Below, one piece after another: positions 1-12,179 of a DNA stretch of 64,000 nt. Origin of the DNA: Takakia lepidozioides (taxonomy: Eukaryota > Plantae > Bryophyta); NCBI GenBank assembly GCA_030704615.1, contig CM060732.1, positions 72,788,001-72,852,000 of the forward strand, read 5' to 3'. Both the position numbers and the translations under genes were made by a program. The notes under the pieces are model-generated. The model was not told the origin of the DNA. It was given only the letters and a program-made list of their open reading frames with translations, and ran no database searches. The first letter of the stretch is position 1. The number at the start of each line of letters is the position of its first letter.

Positions 1-1642
1 GCCTTTGGTCAATCTACTGGGGTCTCCTGGACCTATATCTCCGCAGTCAATATCCCCAACGTCTTCTATCTGCACTCGGGAAGAGTCTCATATTCAACCT
101 CAACCACTGAGGAGGTCTTCTCGACTAGGGTCTGCTCCTTACAAATATCTTCCGTTTCAAATGTATCTCTCTGCTATAGAACCGGACTCTTGCATGGCTT
201 GTCTAACGGATACCACTGAAAATGAAGTGAGTCTCGAACAAGCCCTAGTCGATGTCAATTGGAAAATTGCCGTGAATGCAGAACTTGACGCGCACAAAAA
301 GAACGGAACTTGGAGTTTGGTCCCATTCCCTTTTGGCAAAAAAGCCCTATCTGCCAAGTGGATTCTCATAATCAAGTACGATCATCTCGATCAACCAAGA
401 TACAAAGCTAGACTTGTGGCTCGTGGAAATGAACATCGTCACGGCATCGACTACGAGGAAACGTTTGCACCAGCCATTAAGTGGTCTACGGTACGCCTCA
501 TTATAGCACTTGATGCAACCTCTAGTTGGGATATGTCATATATGGACGTTGTCACGGCTTTCTTAAATGGCACGATCAAGGAGGAAATCTATATGCATCA
601 GCCACCTGGGTTTGCAGGTCCCGGCCAAGAACTGTGCGTATGCAAACTTCATCGCTCCATTTATGGGCTAAAGCAAAGCCCTCGTGCCTGGTATATTGAA
701 GTGGATTCTTTTCTCCGCTCCATCAATTGTACCCAAAGCTCACTCGACCCCAACCTCTACATCTACAAAGAATCTGGGCAAATCGTCATTATCTTGCTTT
801 TCGTTGATGACTTACTGATCACCAGTCGTGATTCTAATCTCATTCATCACCTCAAGGACCAGCTTCAAATCAAATACAAAATGAAGGACTTGGGTCAAAC
901 CCAGCGATACCTTGGTGTTGAATTTCACATTTCCTCTCACGGCATTTTTCTTCATCAATCGAGCTATACCGAGCAGCTGCTACGGGATTACCAAATGAAT
1001 GATTGTCAAACTGCTAAAATTCCTCTCCCTGAGGGCTTCATTTCTGCAGATACTAGGACTCCACTAGTTGACTCCTGCAACCACTACTACACGTTGGTGG
1101 GCAAGTTGATTTATCTCACCAACACGCGCCTTGATTTGTCATTTGTCGTGGGCATCATTAGTCGCTTCATGCACTCTCTTCAGCAAGCTCACTTGGATGG
1201 AGTCTTCCACATCTTACGGTACCTCAAAGGGACTGTGGATTTCGGGATTTTCTATCAACGCCGCGCTTCCCTTCAACTCCAAGGCTTCACCGATTCAGAT
1301 TGGGGCAGACTCCTATGTTGACACTCGCCGGTCCATGGGAGGGTATATTTTCAAGTTAGCCTCTGGCCCCATCACTTGGAGCAGTAAGAGGCAAGCCACC
1401 GTCTCTAGGTCTATAACGGAAGCCGAGTACAAGACGCTTTGTGAAGGTGCTCAAGAAGGAGTTTACCTCAAACAACTTCTTCAAGAATTGAATCTTAGGA
1501 GTTCAAAACCAGCAACAATTCTCTGTAAGGATTCTGAAGTCGTCTCAGATCTCAAATTAGCAGCAATTCCTACGGAGCAAGATCTACATTTGCAGTGTGA
1601 CAACATCAGTGCTATCAAATTGGCGCATAATCCCATATCCAC

Positions 1643-2047
1643 TGGACCGTGATGAGTCCCAAGACTCCCCGCGACTCCCACCACCATAAGGTCTCCGCCC
1701 CATGGTGAGTCCTATGTCACCCCCACTAAGACCCACTAAGCTACCACCACCCCTCGTGGAACCACCCCCCACCGCAACCCGGTGTGCAGGGCTCCACCTA
1801 GTGAGTGCTTCTGCCTCCTTGAGTGCCTTTGGGCACTGAAGGTTGCTTCAGCCCCCATACCTATTGTTGCCACTGCCCCCACCACAGGGGCAGCCCCTCT
1901 TGTGTCCCGACCCCCTGCCCTCAAGGCAAAGGGCCGCGACAGTTCCTCATCACTCAACTTGGCCACCCGGAAGTACTGCTCCAGCTCCAAGAGCCAAGTG
2001 TTGAGTGCCTTCCGATTTCGGACGCCCTCGAAGGTGTCGGGCTTCAC
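1643..2047 (-). mobile_element. Inserted gypsy fragment (gag piece fused to LTR 5' end) interrupting copia RNase H
   Basis: 1643-1941 is the reverse complement of the LTR start at 48351 and 58961. 1942-2047 is the reverse complement of gag at ~54103-54217 (PDTFEGVRNRKALNTWLLELEQYFR). Confidence 0.9.
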
Positions 2048-2825
2048 CAAGCACCTGTAGATCCATCACCATTTTGTGCGAGAAAGAGTACTGGAAGGAG
2101 AACTGTCCCTACAACATGTGGCATCAGAAAATCAGACTGCCGACATACTCACGAAAAATCTACCGCGAATTAAATTTGATCAACACAGAAGAGCCTTAGG
2201 TATGTTCTCTCTGTCTGAGGTTCAACAACTCGATCGTACATCGTAGGGCGCTGCACTCTAGCTTGTTACTGTAATCACCTAGTTGTTTGATCCAAATCTA
2301 AAAACATCTAGTCGTCTACATCTTGCGCTCTCCCTGAAATAGTAGCGCTTAGCTTCTTCTCGTGTCCTGAAGGACTTGAATTTTTGTCCTGGGAAGCCCT
2401 TCACCTGAGGTTCGCAGTCATCCCAGGATGTATAGATATCAAGTTGATGGCCAATCAATACTGCGTAATACCTTCGAGGCTACATTGGCATTTCTTCAGG
2501 CGCTAACACTGGCTCACTGTAAGTACTCCGTGAGACTGCAGCAGACAACGCAGTAGACGACGCAGCGTTTGTTCTTGGCAACTCGCTAGGTGATCCTTTG
2601 TTGCTCTCATCTGCTCTCTCTTGTTTCTGATAACTACTAAGAAGCATGTCATGCAAGTATCGTAGAAATGTCATTAAAAATCCGACCAAGGCCAACAGAA
2701 GGAAGAGCAGTGATTCTCACAGAGAACCGACTTCATGCGTCATCTTGCTAGTTCACGAAGTACTGTAAAATTATAGTAGTTTGCAAGATACGTTACTTAG
2801 TCATCGTGTGTGGTTCATGGGGGGC

Positions 2826-3543
2826 TGTTGAAATTTGGAATTAGTGAACCAACCCATATGACTACTCCCAGATTACTAGGAAGTTTACTGACAGCTTTTG
2901 TAGCTAGCACGTAGATTATGGTATGGACTGGAATGATCCAGCGAGTCTTCTTGGCTTATCGTTGAGAGTAATCACTCAGGTCCAGTCATTCCAAATCTGG
3001 ACCTGATCTTCCCTGTGGTTCACGTTGAACCGAACAATGTATATATTCACCAGCTTCCTGCGGGACTGAACATTCTTTATATAATATTTCTACAGAGAAC
3101 GGCTCCAGTCCTATCAGGAAAACTATGGGAGAAGGAAACAGATGATGAGTCCGAACTAAGCATGTTCAGTTTGCATGAAAAGCAGGAAACAAAGGAGGGA
3201 TAGTGAAGATCGCAGAATGAAACTAGAAACTACCACGTTTCCTCTTTGGCTAATCAAAGGATAGGTGGGCCTTAGATTTGCCATTCCTAAAGCTACGACG
3301 GTGGCGTCAGTTGACCTTAGGTTCATCTCCGTCTGCAGGTGACATCTTGGCGTTAAGTGAACAGTCAGCACGCGCGCAGGATGGAGTCGTTCCAGGAAAC
3401 ACGCTCGTCCAAAATCCTTGTACGGAGAAGGCCCATGTCATCTGCAAATAGCCGCAAGAAGCACACCCCAAGTCTTACGAGCTCTCAGACATAATATCTG
3501 AGTGAACTATATGCACAACACACTTATTGTAGATTCTTTATCA
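2826..3543 (+). repeat. 3' LTR of the copia element
   Basis: Starts TGTTG immediately after the PPT and ends ...TTTATCA, after which unrelated LINE sequence begins. The 5' LTR is outside the window, so the right boundary is inferred. Confidence 0.65.
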
Positions 3544-3850
3544 TCAAAGAGTAATGAACAACGAGCTTTTCAAGGATGCTAGAGAACATAAGCATGGATT
3601 ACAGTAGAAGGTTGTCGCATGATCCCACACTCGTGTTGCTAGAGGACAGGAAGTAAGGCAACGTTCGATCGTTTCTTTGGCACCTATGTTGCATGAAACA
3701 CGGAACATAGGGCCATTAGATGAAGAGGCCGCCACCAGGAGAATCCTATTGGTAATTTTCCACAGGAAGGTGTAAATCTTGGCAGCCCTGTCATTCCTCC
3801 AAATGTCGGTCAGTACAGGTTCCCATCGGATAGGCGAGCCCGAGAGCTAA
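3544..3850 (-). mobile_element. L1-type LINE ORF2 C-terminal (zf-RVT) fragment
   Basis: Reads ...KIYTFLWKITNRILL...C...ETIERCLTSCP..RVW, matching the zf-RVT segments at 8720 and 45159. Confidence 0.7.
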
Positions 3851-4975
3851 GCCCATTTAGAGGACCACAGAGAGAGAGAAAGAAAGAAAAGATTGTAGCC
3901 GAAGCCGGCATAACTAAGAGCCACTTCGCCTCGGGTGGCTACTCCTCCCTTTCGGGGGTGGACCCTATAAAGAAAACAGGTATCCAGGGGACACCGGATA
4001 ACCAAGGGGTAGTGGTACCTAGGGTACCCAAGGATACCCTGGGGTATCATGGGGTACCGAAGAGGGATTGGATTCGAGTTGTCGCTTATTGGTAATGATA
4101 GTTGTGAGGGACCGAAGCGCGGTGAGGTGTATGGCTTTACAACATTTGTGGATCGGGGGGATGGGGATATGGAGGTTTTTGTGCAGTGCAGTTATACTGG
4201 CGTTATGGATACCGCCTCTAGTACCGGCTGTGATGACCGATAGGGGTCCAGTGCGCCAACCACGTTGGCGGATAGCGAGGATGAGGGGAGCATATTTTTG
4301 TCGTTTATCGAAGGTGGAGGAGGCTGGGTATCGGTCATTGCAATATGTGAATTCAACGAAGTGGATGATGAGATCCGGGGATGGCTCCAGAAGTAGGTAG
4401 GCGGGCATTGATGGGTAAGCCTTGGACAAGTAGAATGTCAAGGCAGAGTCGGGAGGGGCAGGTGCAGGGTAAATGTAGATCAATAGTACACGGGAGGATC
4501 CAGTGGGTGACAATATGATCTGGGGGTCGGCCTTGGTAGGTACGAGCATTGATGAGTGAGAACCATCTGGTTTTAGGGTGGTTCGTTAGAAGTTTATGAA
4601 TGTGCCAGACTGCGTGGTTATGACGAGTAATGCGGAGGCCATGAATAACAGGGTGAGTACATTGACTGAGAAGGTGGGACCAAGTGTCACGGTCTTGATG
4701 TGTATGTGAGCATAGTCGGCATGTGCGCGTTAGTGGCAGCCTTGGTGTGCCAGAAGTAGTTTGATAACTTATGGTGAAGTACGGTAGACTGTGTCCATTT
4801 TTGAATATGGACCTTGGTGTGGTTGGTAGATGCTAGGGCTTGTTTGTTTGTTTCAAGGGTGAGGATGGTCTGCAGTTACGTATTTGGCCTGGTAATTGGG
4901 GGTTATGGCACGGGATGTATTAGCCAAAATGGATGGGTATGGGCAATATGAATGGGGTCAGATGTGGGTTCCAGT

Positions 4976-6719
4976 GGGGCGTGCTAGATTGTGAGCAGCT
5001 CTCGTGAGCAGAAAGTACTGTGAGTAGGATCCTGCTCACGTTTCTCGGAATTGGGTTCGTTGGCTGGGCCTATTACCGCGGTCCGCCAACTCCTAGAAGC
5101 CCTATTACCGCGGGGTTCAACCGCCAAAAATGGGAGCTTAGTATTCCAAGAGTGTGACTAAGGGTTGGCAATAAGATCGATGAGTAGATGAATGATGGAT
5201 GAATGTGTTATGAAAAAAAGTTGGATGAAAGGAGAGTGGATGAATAATGGATGAATGTGTTATGAAAGAAAGAAGAGAAGATCAGTCGATAAATGGAAAA
5301 TGTCGATTCCAGTCGGGTTATCGCGAAATGAAGGTCAAAGGCTTAAGGAGGGAAGAAGTTGCTTTGGAAGAGAGAGGGGGCGATGTTGCTTTGTGTTTAC
5401 GATGACAAACCGGCTTCATCTGCACCAATGTGTGGTGAGGATTCCTCTTCGGCACACCAGCTTTTCTACCTATGGTGACACGAGGCTTTTGCGGGTAGAA
5501 AAGCTGATGTGTTGAGTAGGAATCATCACTTGAGACAGTAGCACGTAAGCTCCAGCATCATGTGGATCCCTTTCTAGAAGGCCTTATGCACAACGTTGTG
5601 CTAACCCCACATCGCCATGAAGTCTACAAGTAGCAAGCAAGACCACCCACACCAACAATGTATGGGTCCATTGGCAATTTGGCAATTAAATCCTCTGCCT
5701 CATCCAATATCCCCGGGCGGCCAAGAACCGACACCATGACCACATTCGTTTTTTTTGTCTTTTTGCTTAATCTGGCACAACCCGTTTTTTTTTTTTTTTT
5801 TTTTTTGGGAAAACTTGGATGGTCATTAAGTTTGCGTTGACGCCAGCTTAATCTGGCACATCCGGTTTTATTTTTATTTATTTTATTTCTTGGTGGAATT
5901 CTCATGTGCCAACAGGGGCTGGGAATTAAGCTAGTGTTGACGCTAGCTTAATGCCCAGCTTGTTTCCCTACACAAACATGGCTGTTCGCTAAGGGATTTT
6001 TTTTTTTTTTTTCATTTGGGGTTGGATTCTCATGTGCCAACACAGGCTGGAATTAAGCTTGCGCCAAATTAAAATACACTTATTTAAACTCAACAACACT
6101 CTAAAGGTTCAGTGAGCTTCTTTATGCCACTTGATAGACGTATTCTTCTAAATTTAAGCCTCCTGTCGCTTCACTATGTCACTCCAATTTTCTCCACCTC
6201 ATTTACATTGTCCCTAGTTGGGGTTTATTCTGTAATGTACACTTTCACGAATTACGGTTATCATTCACGGTTTGTGGTTTCGGTTTATTCTTTGAGGTTT
6301 GGGGTTTGGTTTTACGGTTTAGGGTTGCGTTGGGGCTTTGGAGTGATTAGTGTTTGTGGTTAGGGGGTAAATTGCCGTGTTTGTCGTGTTTCCACTTTAA
6401 TCAATCTTATTTTAGTCATCCATGGTTCGTTCATCCAGCCATTTTCATCCCACATTCATCCTCCATTCATCCCTTCTTTTCTTTCATTCATCCAACAACT
6501 TTTCATCACACGTTCATCCCACATTGCATGCGTGGAGCAAGACATCTTTGGTCCCCGGCCGCTTACGTGACTGTCCATTCAGAGGAGTTTGCGTCCACGG
6601 CAATAGGCCCTATATTTTCCTTGGTTGTACGCTCCGCTTCCCTAATCTGCTCACATTTTAAGGGAATCTGCTCACGTGTAGTGTACAAAGCATGAGCTGC
6701 TCACGCGCAACTTTCCCTC
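4976..6719. mobile_element. Non-autonomous Mutator-like element (Pack-MULE-like), copy 1
   Basis: 9-bp TSD GGTTCCAGT at 4967-4975 and 6720-6728. Inverted GTGAGCAGCTC/GAGCTGCTCAC near both ends and inverted GGATGAAT-rich subterminal tracts. Ends are homologous to 16221-18122. Confidence 0.75.
5520..5740 (-). pseudogene. PLS-class PPR gene fragment (last repeat and E domain) inside the MULE
   Basis: MVSVLGRPGILDEAEDLIAKLPMDP followed, after a frameshift, by LLATCRLHGDVGLAQRCA..DPHDAGAYVLLSQ-like sequence. Confidence 0.75.
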
Positions 6720-8559
6720 GGTTCCAGTGGGGGTTTGGTTGCCCCCGACTGGGCGATGAGGTCTGCCCTATCGTTGCCGTTGATACCACTGTGGGAGCGA
6801 ACTTTGATAAAGTGTATGGGATGATTGATGGAAATAGCAGGGTTGACAATAGTTGTAATGAGGTTATAGTCTGGGTGATGGAGGTGGTAGGAAGGGGTGG
6901 AGAGGTGGTTGCAAATAAGAAATAGTGAGGTAAGGCTGTTTGTAAAAATATAGTGTGGGGGGGGGGGGGGAATGAGGACAGCTGGGAGAGTGCTTCGAAA
7001 ATAGCCATAAGCTCAGCACGTAATATGGTGGCGGGGTCTGGGAGTCTAAGAACTATTCTCTGGTTATTAGCAGCATGATGTATGCCATAGCTAGCGCTGG
7101 AGCCGGATAGGGAGCCATCGGTATAATGGGAGTGAAACGGAGAGAATTTGAGCGGCTTACATTGATGGGATACCGGTGGATCAGTAAAAGGCAAGAGAGA
7201 GGCAGGAGGAGGGTGCGGCAACGCCCTCATCCAGACCTTGCTTGGATTGATCTTGGGAAATAGTTAAGTGAGGGGCTAGATGGGGTGGAGGGGTGAGGGT
7301 GCGGGGTGGGGGGAAATGAGGCTTTTATCCCCCATGTACGTGCAAATAAGCGGTGTAAGGTGGGAGAGAAGGTAAATTTATGAATGGAGGTGGGAGACAT
7401 GTGTGGGACATGCAATTTAAATGACGTTATGGTAGGTCCCAAACGGTGGAGGTATTTTGGGAAGGGCGGGGTATGTTCGTAGTGTAGCTGGTTTGGTTCA
7501 AATGGTGGCTAGGAGTGTGACACCAGGAGGGAGTTGTAGGAGGGGGTGGGGGTCATTGGGAGACCTTTGTTGTGTGAGTAGGAGAATAGTAAAGGCAGAG
7601 AGGGAGGAGTGGGTGGCAGTATGAGCCAATTGAAGGGCTTCTTGAATGTGGGAATCAAGGGGGTGAGCAAAGCCACGGCCGAACCACCTGTGTTGGGTGG
7701 CAAGCCCAGTGGCCCCGAAAATGCAGTCTCTATGATGCGGGCTAGCATATGAGGTAAACTCCATGGGGCACGTGAGCGGGCTAGAATAGTAGGAATGAGT
7801 AGGCGGAGAAGAGTGAGAAAGTCCTTGGGGATAGCGTTGTGAGTGTATGCTTGGGTTAGTTTGGCCGGTACGCGGGGCTTTTTGGGGGGAGTATCCTTGA
7901 GGTAACGATCTAAGAGCCAGCAGATTTTTGTAACGAAATCTTGCCTGGGGGGGAGTAGCTGGTGAGGTTGTGGGTTAGGAGTAGAGTACATATGCCAAAG
8001 CCAAACTAGCCTGTCATTGGGGATTAGGCCAATGTAACGGCCATTGCGGGCGTAGATTTTAGACATATGTAGGCCTCTACATATTAGGGGGAAGTCATGT
8101 GCAATGTCTTTATCAGGGTTGCATTCGGTAGTGTTGATGTGAATATGAGGTGAGATTAGCGGGTAGGGTATATGGCAAGCATCTGTGAGTTGTGTCTGGG
8201 AGACGTGTTGCATGTGTTTACATTATATAATTATACCCTTTGCTACCTACAGATCTCATCAACTAGGAGAAACTAGGAAGAGGAGCTATTACTAAGATAA
8301 GCCATTACCCGGGTAGCTACTTGTTTGGAATTATTAGGGGGAATAAAATTGAAACCCCCGGGCTAACCATAAAAGGCACACACATTGCAGTCAGTGAAAG
8401 ACAAACGAAAACCCCGAAAGACGAGGAAGAAGCCAAGAGTGCACCCGAAAGATGGTCACCCTTAACCCTTAGACGCCTAGTGCCATAGTTTGATTTTTTC
8501 AAAAAAATGACCATTTTACAAAAAATGAGAACAAGCCTCTCATGGCTCTGCAAATGGAT

Positions 8560-9250
8560 CCAAAAAAATGGTCATGGGCACTTGATGGTTCTCCCTCACT
8601 CTTCCAATACACAGCAAAAAAAAAGCCTACAAATGTCTTAACTCGGCTTCGATTCTCACCTCGAAATGGGATCCGAAATGGGGTGCCCATAGATTCTAAG
8701 GAGAGCGCTGGCACACATTATGAAAATAAAAACTAGACCTACGAAAGTCAATGCCTTCCTCTGGCAGATGGCTAATAGAATCCTCAAGGTGGGTCGCTGG
8801 TTCCAATTCTCAGATGCTCCACTCTGCAGATGTTGTTCGCTAGTTGTCGCAGAATTGCTCGAGCATTGCCTGACTCACTATAATATCCCTTCTAAGGTAT
8901 GGCCAGTCCTCAACATGGTTCCTCAAAACATGGCACCAAATCTCATTTACTCTGACTACCTTGCTCTTGAATTGACATCGGCAAGCATCCAGAGGCTCAA
9001 TATCAGCTCCACAATGCCTTCACAGAATCATGGGCTAAACAAGGAATCATATGCTCAAGCCCTTCACCAACTATCTACACCGGGAGCTCGATTTCTTAGT
9101 GCTGGGCCGAACGCTACACGGTTCTGCCCTGATTCTCCAGACTTCGACCGTGATATTAACTAGAGGCACCTCAAAGGGAAACGATTGGTGAAGCTCAATT
9201 TCGACAAACAGCCTCATGTTTCCTCCTCCATCGAAGTCGCTTGCATGCAT
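8560..9250 (+). mobile_element. L1-type LINE ORF2 C-terminal fragment
   Basis: KTRPTKVNAFLWQMANRILKVGRWFQF..C..C..LEHCL, closely similar to 44965-45159 (-). Confidence 0.8.
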
Positions 9251-11348
9251 CTTCTGGGCTAGCAGTAGGCAGGCGGTTATGTTATTTGGTCCTTCTCATT
9301 TCTCGTGCATATGTCATGTACTCGCAGTCATGCATTCTAGCATCATTAGGTGGAGTGGGTTTAGGCCGACAACGGTCGTCCTTCCTCCTCTCCCAGGGCC
9401 TCTAAGGCTTTCTTTGCATTACATAACAATAACCCTCTCACACACACGTGTGAAGAAATCTTAGCAAGAAAAAGACATAAGTACATTTATCAAAATCTGA
9501 CCCCCTTGCTTTGACTCAAAATTAGGGCAATCAATTACCCAATCCTGGCAGTGCACAACAGAGGCTGCTCTATGGCACTAATTTCATAACAATTTAAGAA
9601 GATCTGAAATTGTATTTTACGTTTAAATGGGCCCTAAAGCCTGTTTTGGGCCTGGTTGGTGTTTAAGAGTTAAACAGACCCAAAAGAGGGTATAAGAAGA
9701 GTCTACAAGAGTCTAAGGCCAAATAATGGAGAGTAATTCCAGATAATCTAGGGCTTTTGTCCCCTGTTTAAAAAATAATAAAAATAACAATTGATCCCAA
9801 AATATGTTAAGAAAGGAAAAAATAACCAAAATGTGGTGGAGCCAAAACCAAGGGTCTTTGTGATGGTCTTCTTAGGATCTCTTATAGAGAAATGTAAAAA
9901 ATGTAAATGAGGAAGAGAGAATAGAACCTCCTAAGAAGTAAGCTTGCAGGTAGGGAACTGATGTCAACCAAATATGGAGGGTACAGGAAATGGGATTCTA
10001 TTTTTCTCTAGGGAATGATGTAGGGAAGCAGACTGGTTATACCTCTAAGGAAAGCATGAGCTACAGTAGAAGCAGATACCGTTCAGGTTGTATGTGGGAT
10101 ATGTGATTTAGGGGAGTGATTTTGTGGGAATGACATAGGGAAACAAGCTGGTTATACCTCCAAGGAAAACATGAGCTACATGATAGAGGCAGATACAGTT
10201 CACACTAGATATGGGCGTGATTTAGGCCCAATTTTCAAGTAATACTGTTTATTAATTGTTTTTCAGCTTTTGAGCTTCATATAATGAATCAGAGATGTTC
10301 AACAACCAAAGAATCACACTCAATGTGGTCTATCAAGCTGACCACCTACCAATTTTTTATTTTTTTTGCTCGACCCTCTCTCTACATCACTTCGTGAGAG
10401 AGTAAAGAACAACTTTGGGTGGGCAGGAATTTGGAGAAGCACCTTGACAAGAGAAATGGTGTCATCATGGGACAATCGTGCTCATCCAATCTACAAAAGA
10501 TACTAATAGCTAGGACCTAGAGTTGAATGGAAAGGCGCTACGAATTACAAAGGGATGAAGGGCAGGTGTATGCGATTTCATGATTGTTAATCCGGCGATT
10601 TATCATCGATCGGCCGGGGCGCTTACAGGGAATACTTCGAACGTCAGGTACTTCTACCCAAGAGGCCTGCTGCTCTTCTTCATGCTTGTATACCCTATGT
10701 AAGGACCCCGCATTTGTTCAAGATTCTGTATTCTCTGCCTAGAGTGTCTCCATTTCGCCAGGATTTTGTAATCCTTGACCAATATCTTCTTGGCAACTGA
10801 CATGGTATAGTTCTGGTAGTTTCATGTAACAACTTAAACACAAAGCTATAACATTTCATATTGTAGACATGGATTCAAGGTGCTCATCCATTGAGAATTA
10901 TCTTACAGGAATTAATCGTAGGACCAGGCCCTAGAGCTGCTCACCTGCAAGAGGTTTGAGGGCCTTTCAAAGTTCATGTACATACTTCTTTCATCTTTTC
11001 TTTAATGCATCATGGCAATTCCATCTATTTAATCTTGTCTTTCCCTGTGGACGTTGTTCTTTCCTGTGGACATTATGAAGTCTCTTTGTCTCTCTCTTAT
11101 CTGCCTGGGAAAAAGTTCATTTCGTTTTTACATCGTCTATCCCTCCTAAATGCATGGCAGAGAACTGATGTCAACCAAATATGGAGGGTATAGGAAATTG
11201 GCTTCTATTTTTCTCTGGGGAATGATGTAGGGAAGCAGACTGGTTATATCTCCCAGGAAAGCAGGAACTACATGGTAGAGGCAGATATCGTTCACACTAG
11301 ATTGTGGGTGTGATTTAGGCCCAGTTTTCAAGTAGTTTTGTTTATTAA

Positions 11349-11805
11349 CCCCTAAATGCCCGCAGGCCTCCGTTGATTTTTTACCAAAAAGCGGGGCTCG
11401 GCCAGAAAAACCAGCATAATTTTTTGAAAAAAAATGAATCTTGAAAAAGTGACCGGACAATATGAAGCCCACCTACCCCTGACAGGTCCTGCCCAATTTT
11501 GGAGCCAATCAGACAACTAATACGAAAACCCCACCCTTGCGAGTGGGATCCATTTTTGAAAATTTGTGCAACAAAAAAAAAACCAAAATGGAGATTTGTG
11601 GTCGGGATGGAAAAACTCGGCCTGCTGTACCCGAAAACGTGGTGGCCGTCCAACACGATTTAGGCAATCGGTCTCGCATGGACCATCCTGATGCAGACAC
11701 GCACTGCACCCACAAAAAAAAAACAAGAAAAGGCCAAAATCTGCTCCCGATAGAACTAATTGTGTAAAAAAAACGACCAATTTTGGGCCGGTGGGCATTT
11801 AGGGG
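11349..11805. mobile_element. piggyBac-like MITE (457 bp, TTAA TSD)
   Basis: TTAA at 11345-11348 and 11806-11809. TIR CCCCTAAATGCCC (13 bp perfect, 20 bp with 2 mismatches). The paralogous empty site with a single TTAA is at ~10252. Confidence 0.85.
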
Positions 11806-12179
11806 TTAATTGTTCTTTAGCTTTTGAGCTTCATACAAACTAGGGATGTTCAACAACCAAACAATCACACCCAATGTGGTCTATTAGGCTAACCACCTAC
11901 CAAAATTTTCTCTTCTTTTGCTCCATCTCTCTATACATCACTTCATAAAAGAGTAAAGAACAACTTTGGGTGGGTCAGGAATTAAATGGAGAAGCAACTT
12001 GGCAAGAGAAACAATATCATCATATACAATCATGCTCATCCAGTCTATAAAGTAGGCTAACAGCTAGGAGTTGAATGGAAAGACGCTATGAATTGCAAAG
12101 CGATCAAGGGCGGGTGTATTGATGTCATGATTGTTAATCGGGCGAGTTATTATCGATCTGGGCGCTTACTGGGAATGCT

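Larger units (their letters stand above)
1..3543 (+). mobile_element. Ty1/copia LTR retrotransposon, 3' portion (RT-RNase H, PPT, 3' LTR); degenerate
   Basis: ORF 5..1321 has copia RT motifs (YKARLVARG, MDVVTAFLNG, YGLKQSPRAW, LFVDDLL). After a frameshift near 1300 come RNase H motifs ([24 protein letters not shown]). TKHL*IHHHFVRE...NQTADILTK resumes at ~2047 after an insertion. PPT GGGGGG at 2819-2824. Confidence 0.93.
3875..8213 (-). mobile_element. Degenerate Dualen/RandI-like non-LTR retrotransposon 3' region (PCIF1-like MTase domain, RNase H, restriction-like endonuclease), interrupted by a MULE at 4976-6719
   Basis: In 5'->3' order on -: THSYYSSPLTCP..SYASPHHRDCIFGATG..GRGFAHP (~7800-7570); RNase H YTDGS..RAELMAI..YIFTNS..KVRSHSGINGNDRAD (~7125-6750); RLE-like IIHFVEFTYCND..KRQKYAPL..RGW..VITAGTRGGI (4019-4549). 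Multiple frameshifts. Confidence 0.75.

Noticed and set aside
6290-6370. Interstitial telomere
   Set aside because: Only a few degenerate TTT(A/G)GGG units inside a MULE.
4967-6732. 13-bp TSD GGTTCCAGTGGGG suggesting a novel element class
   Set aside because: Comparison with the second copy shows that the element end itself begins GGGG, leaving a standard 9-bp MULE TSD.
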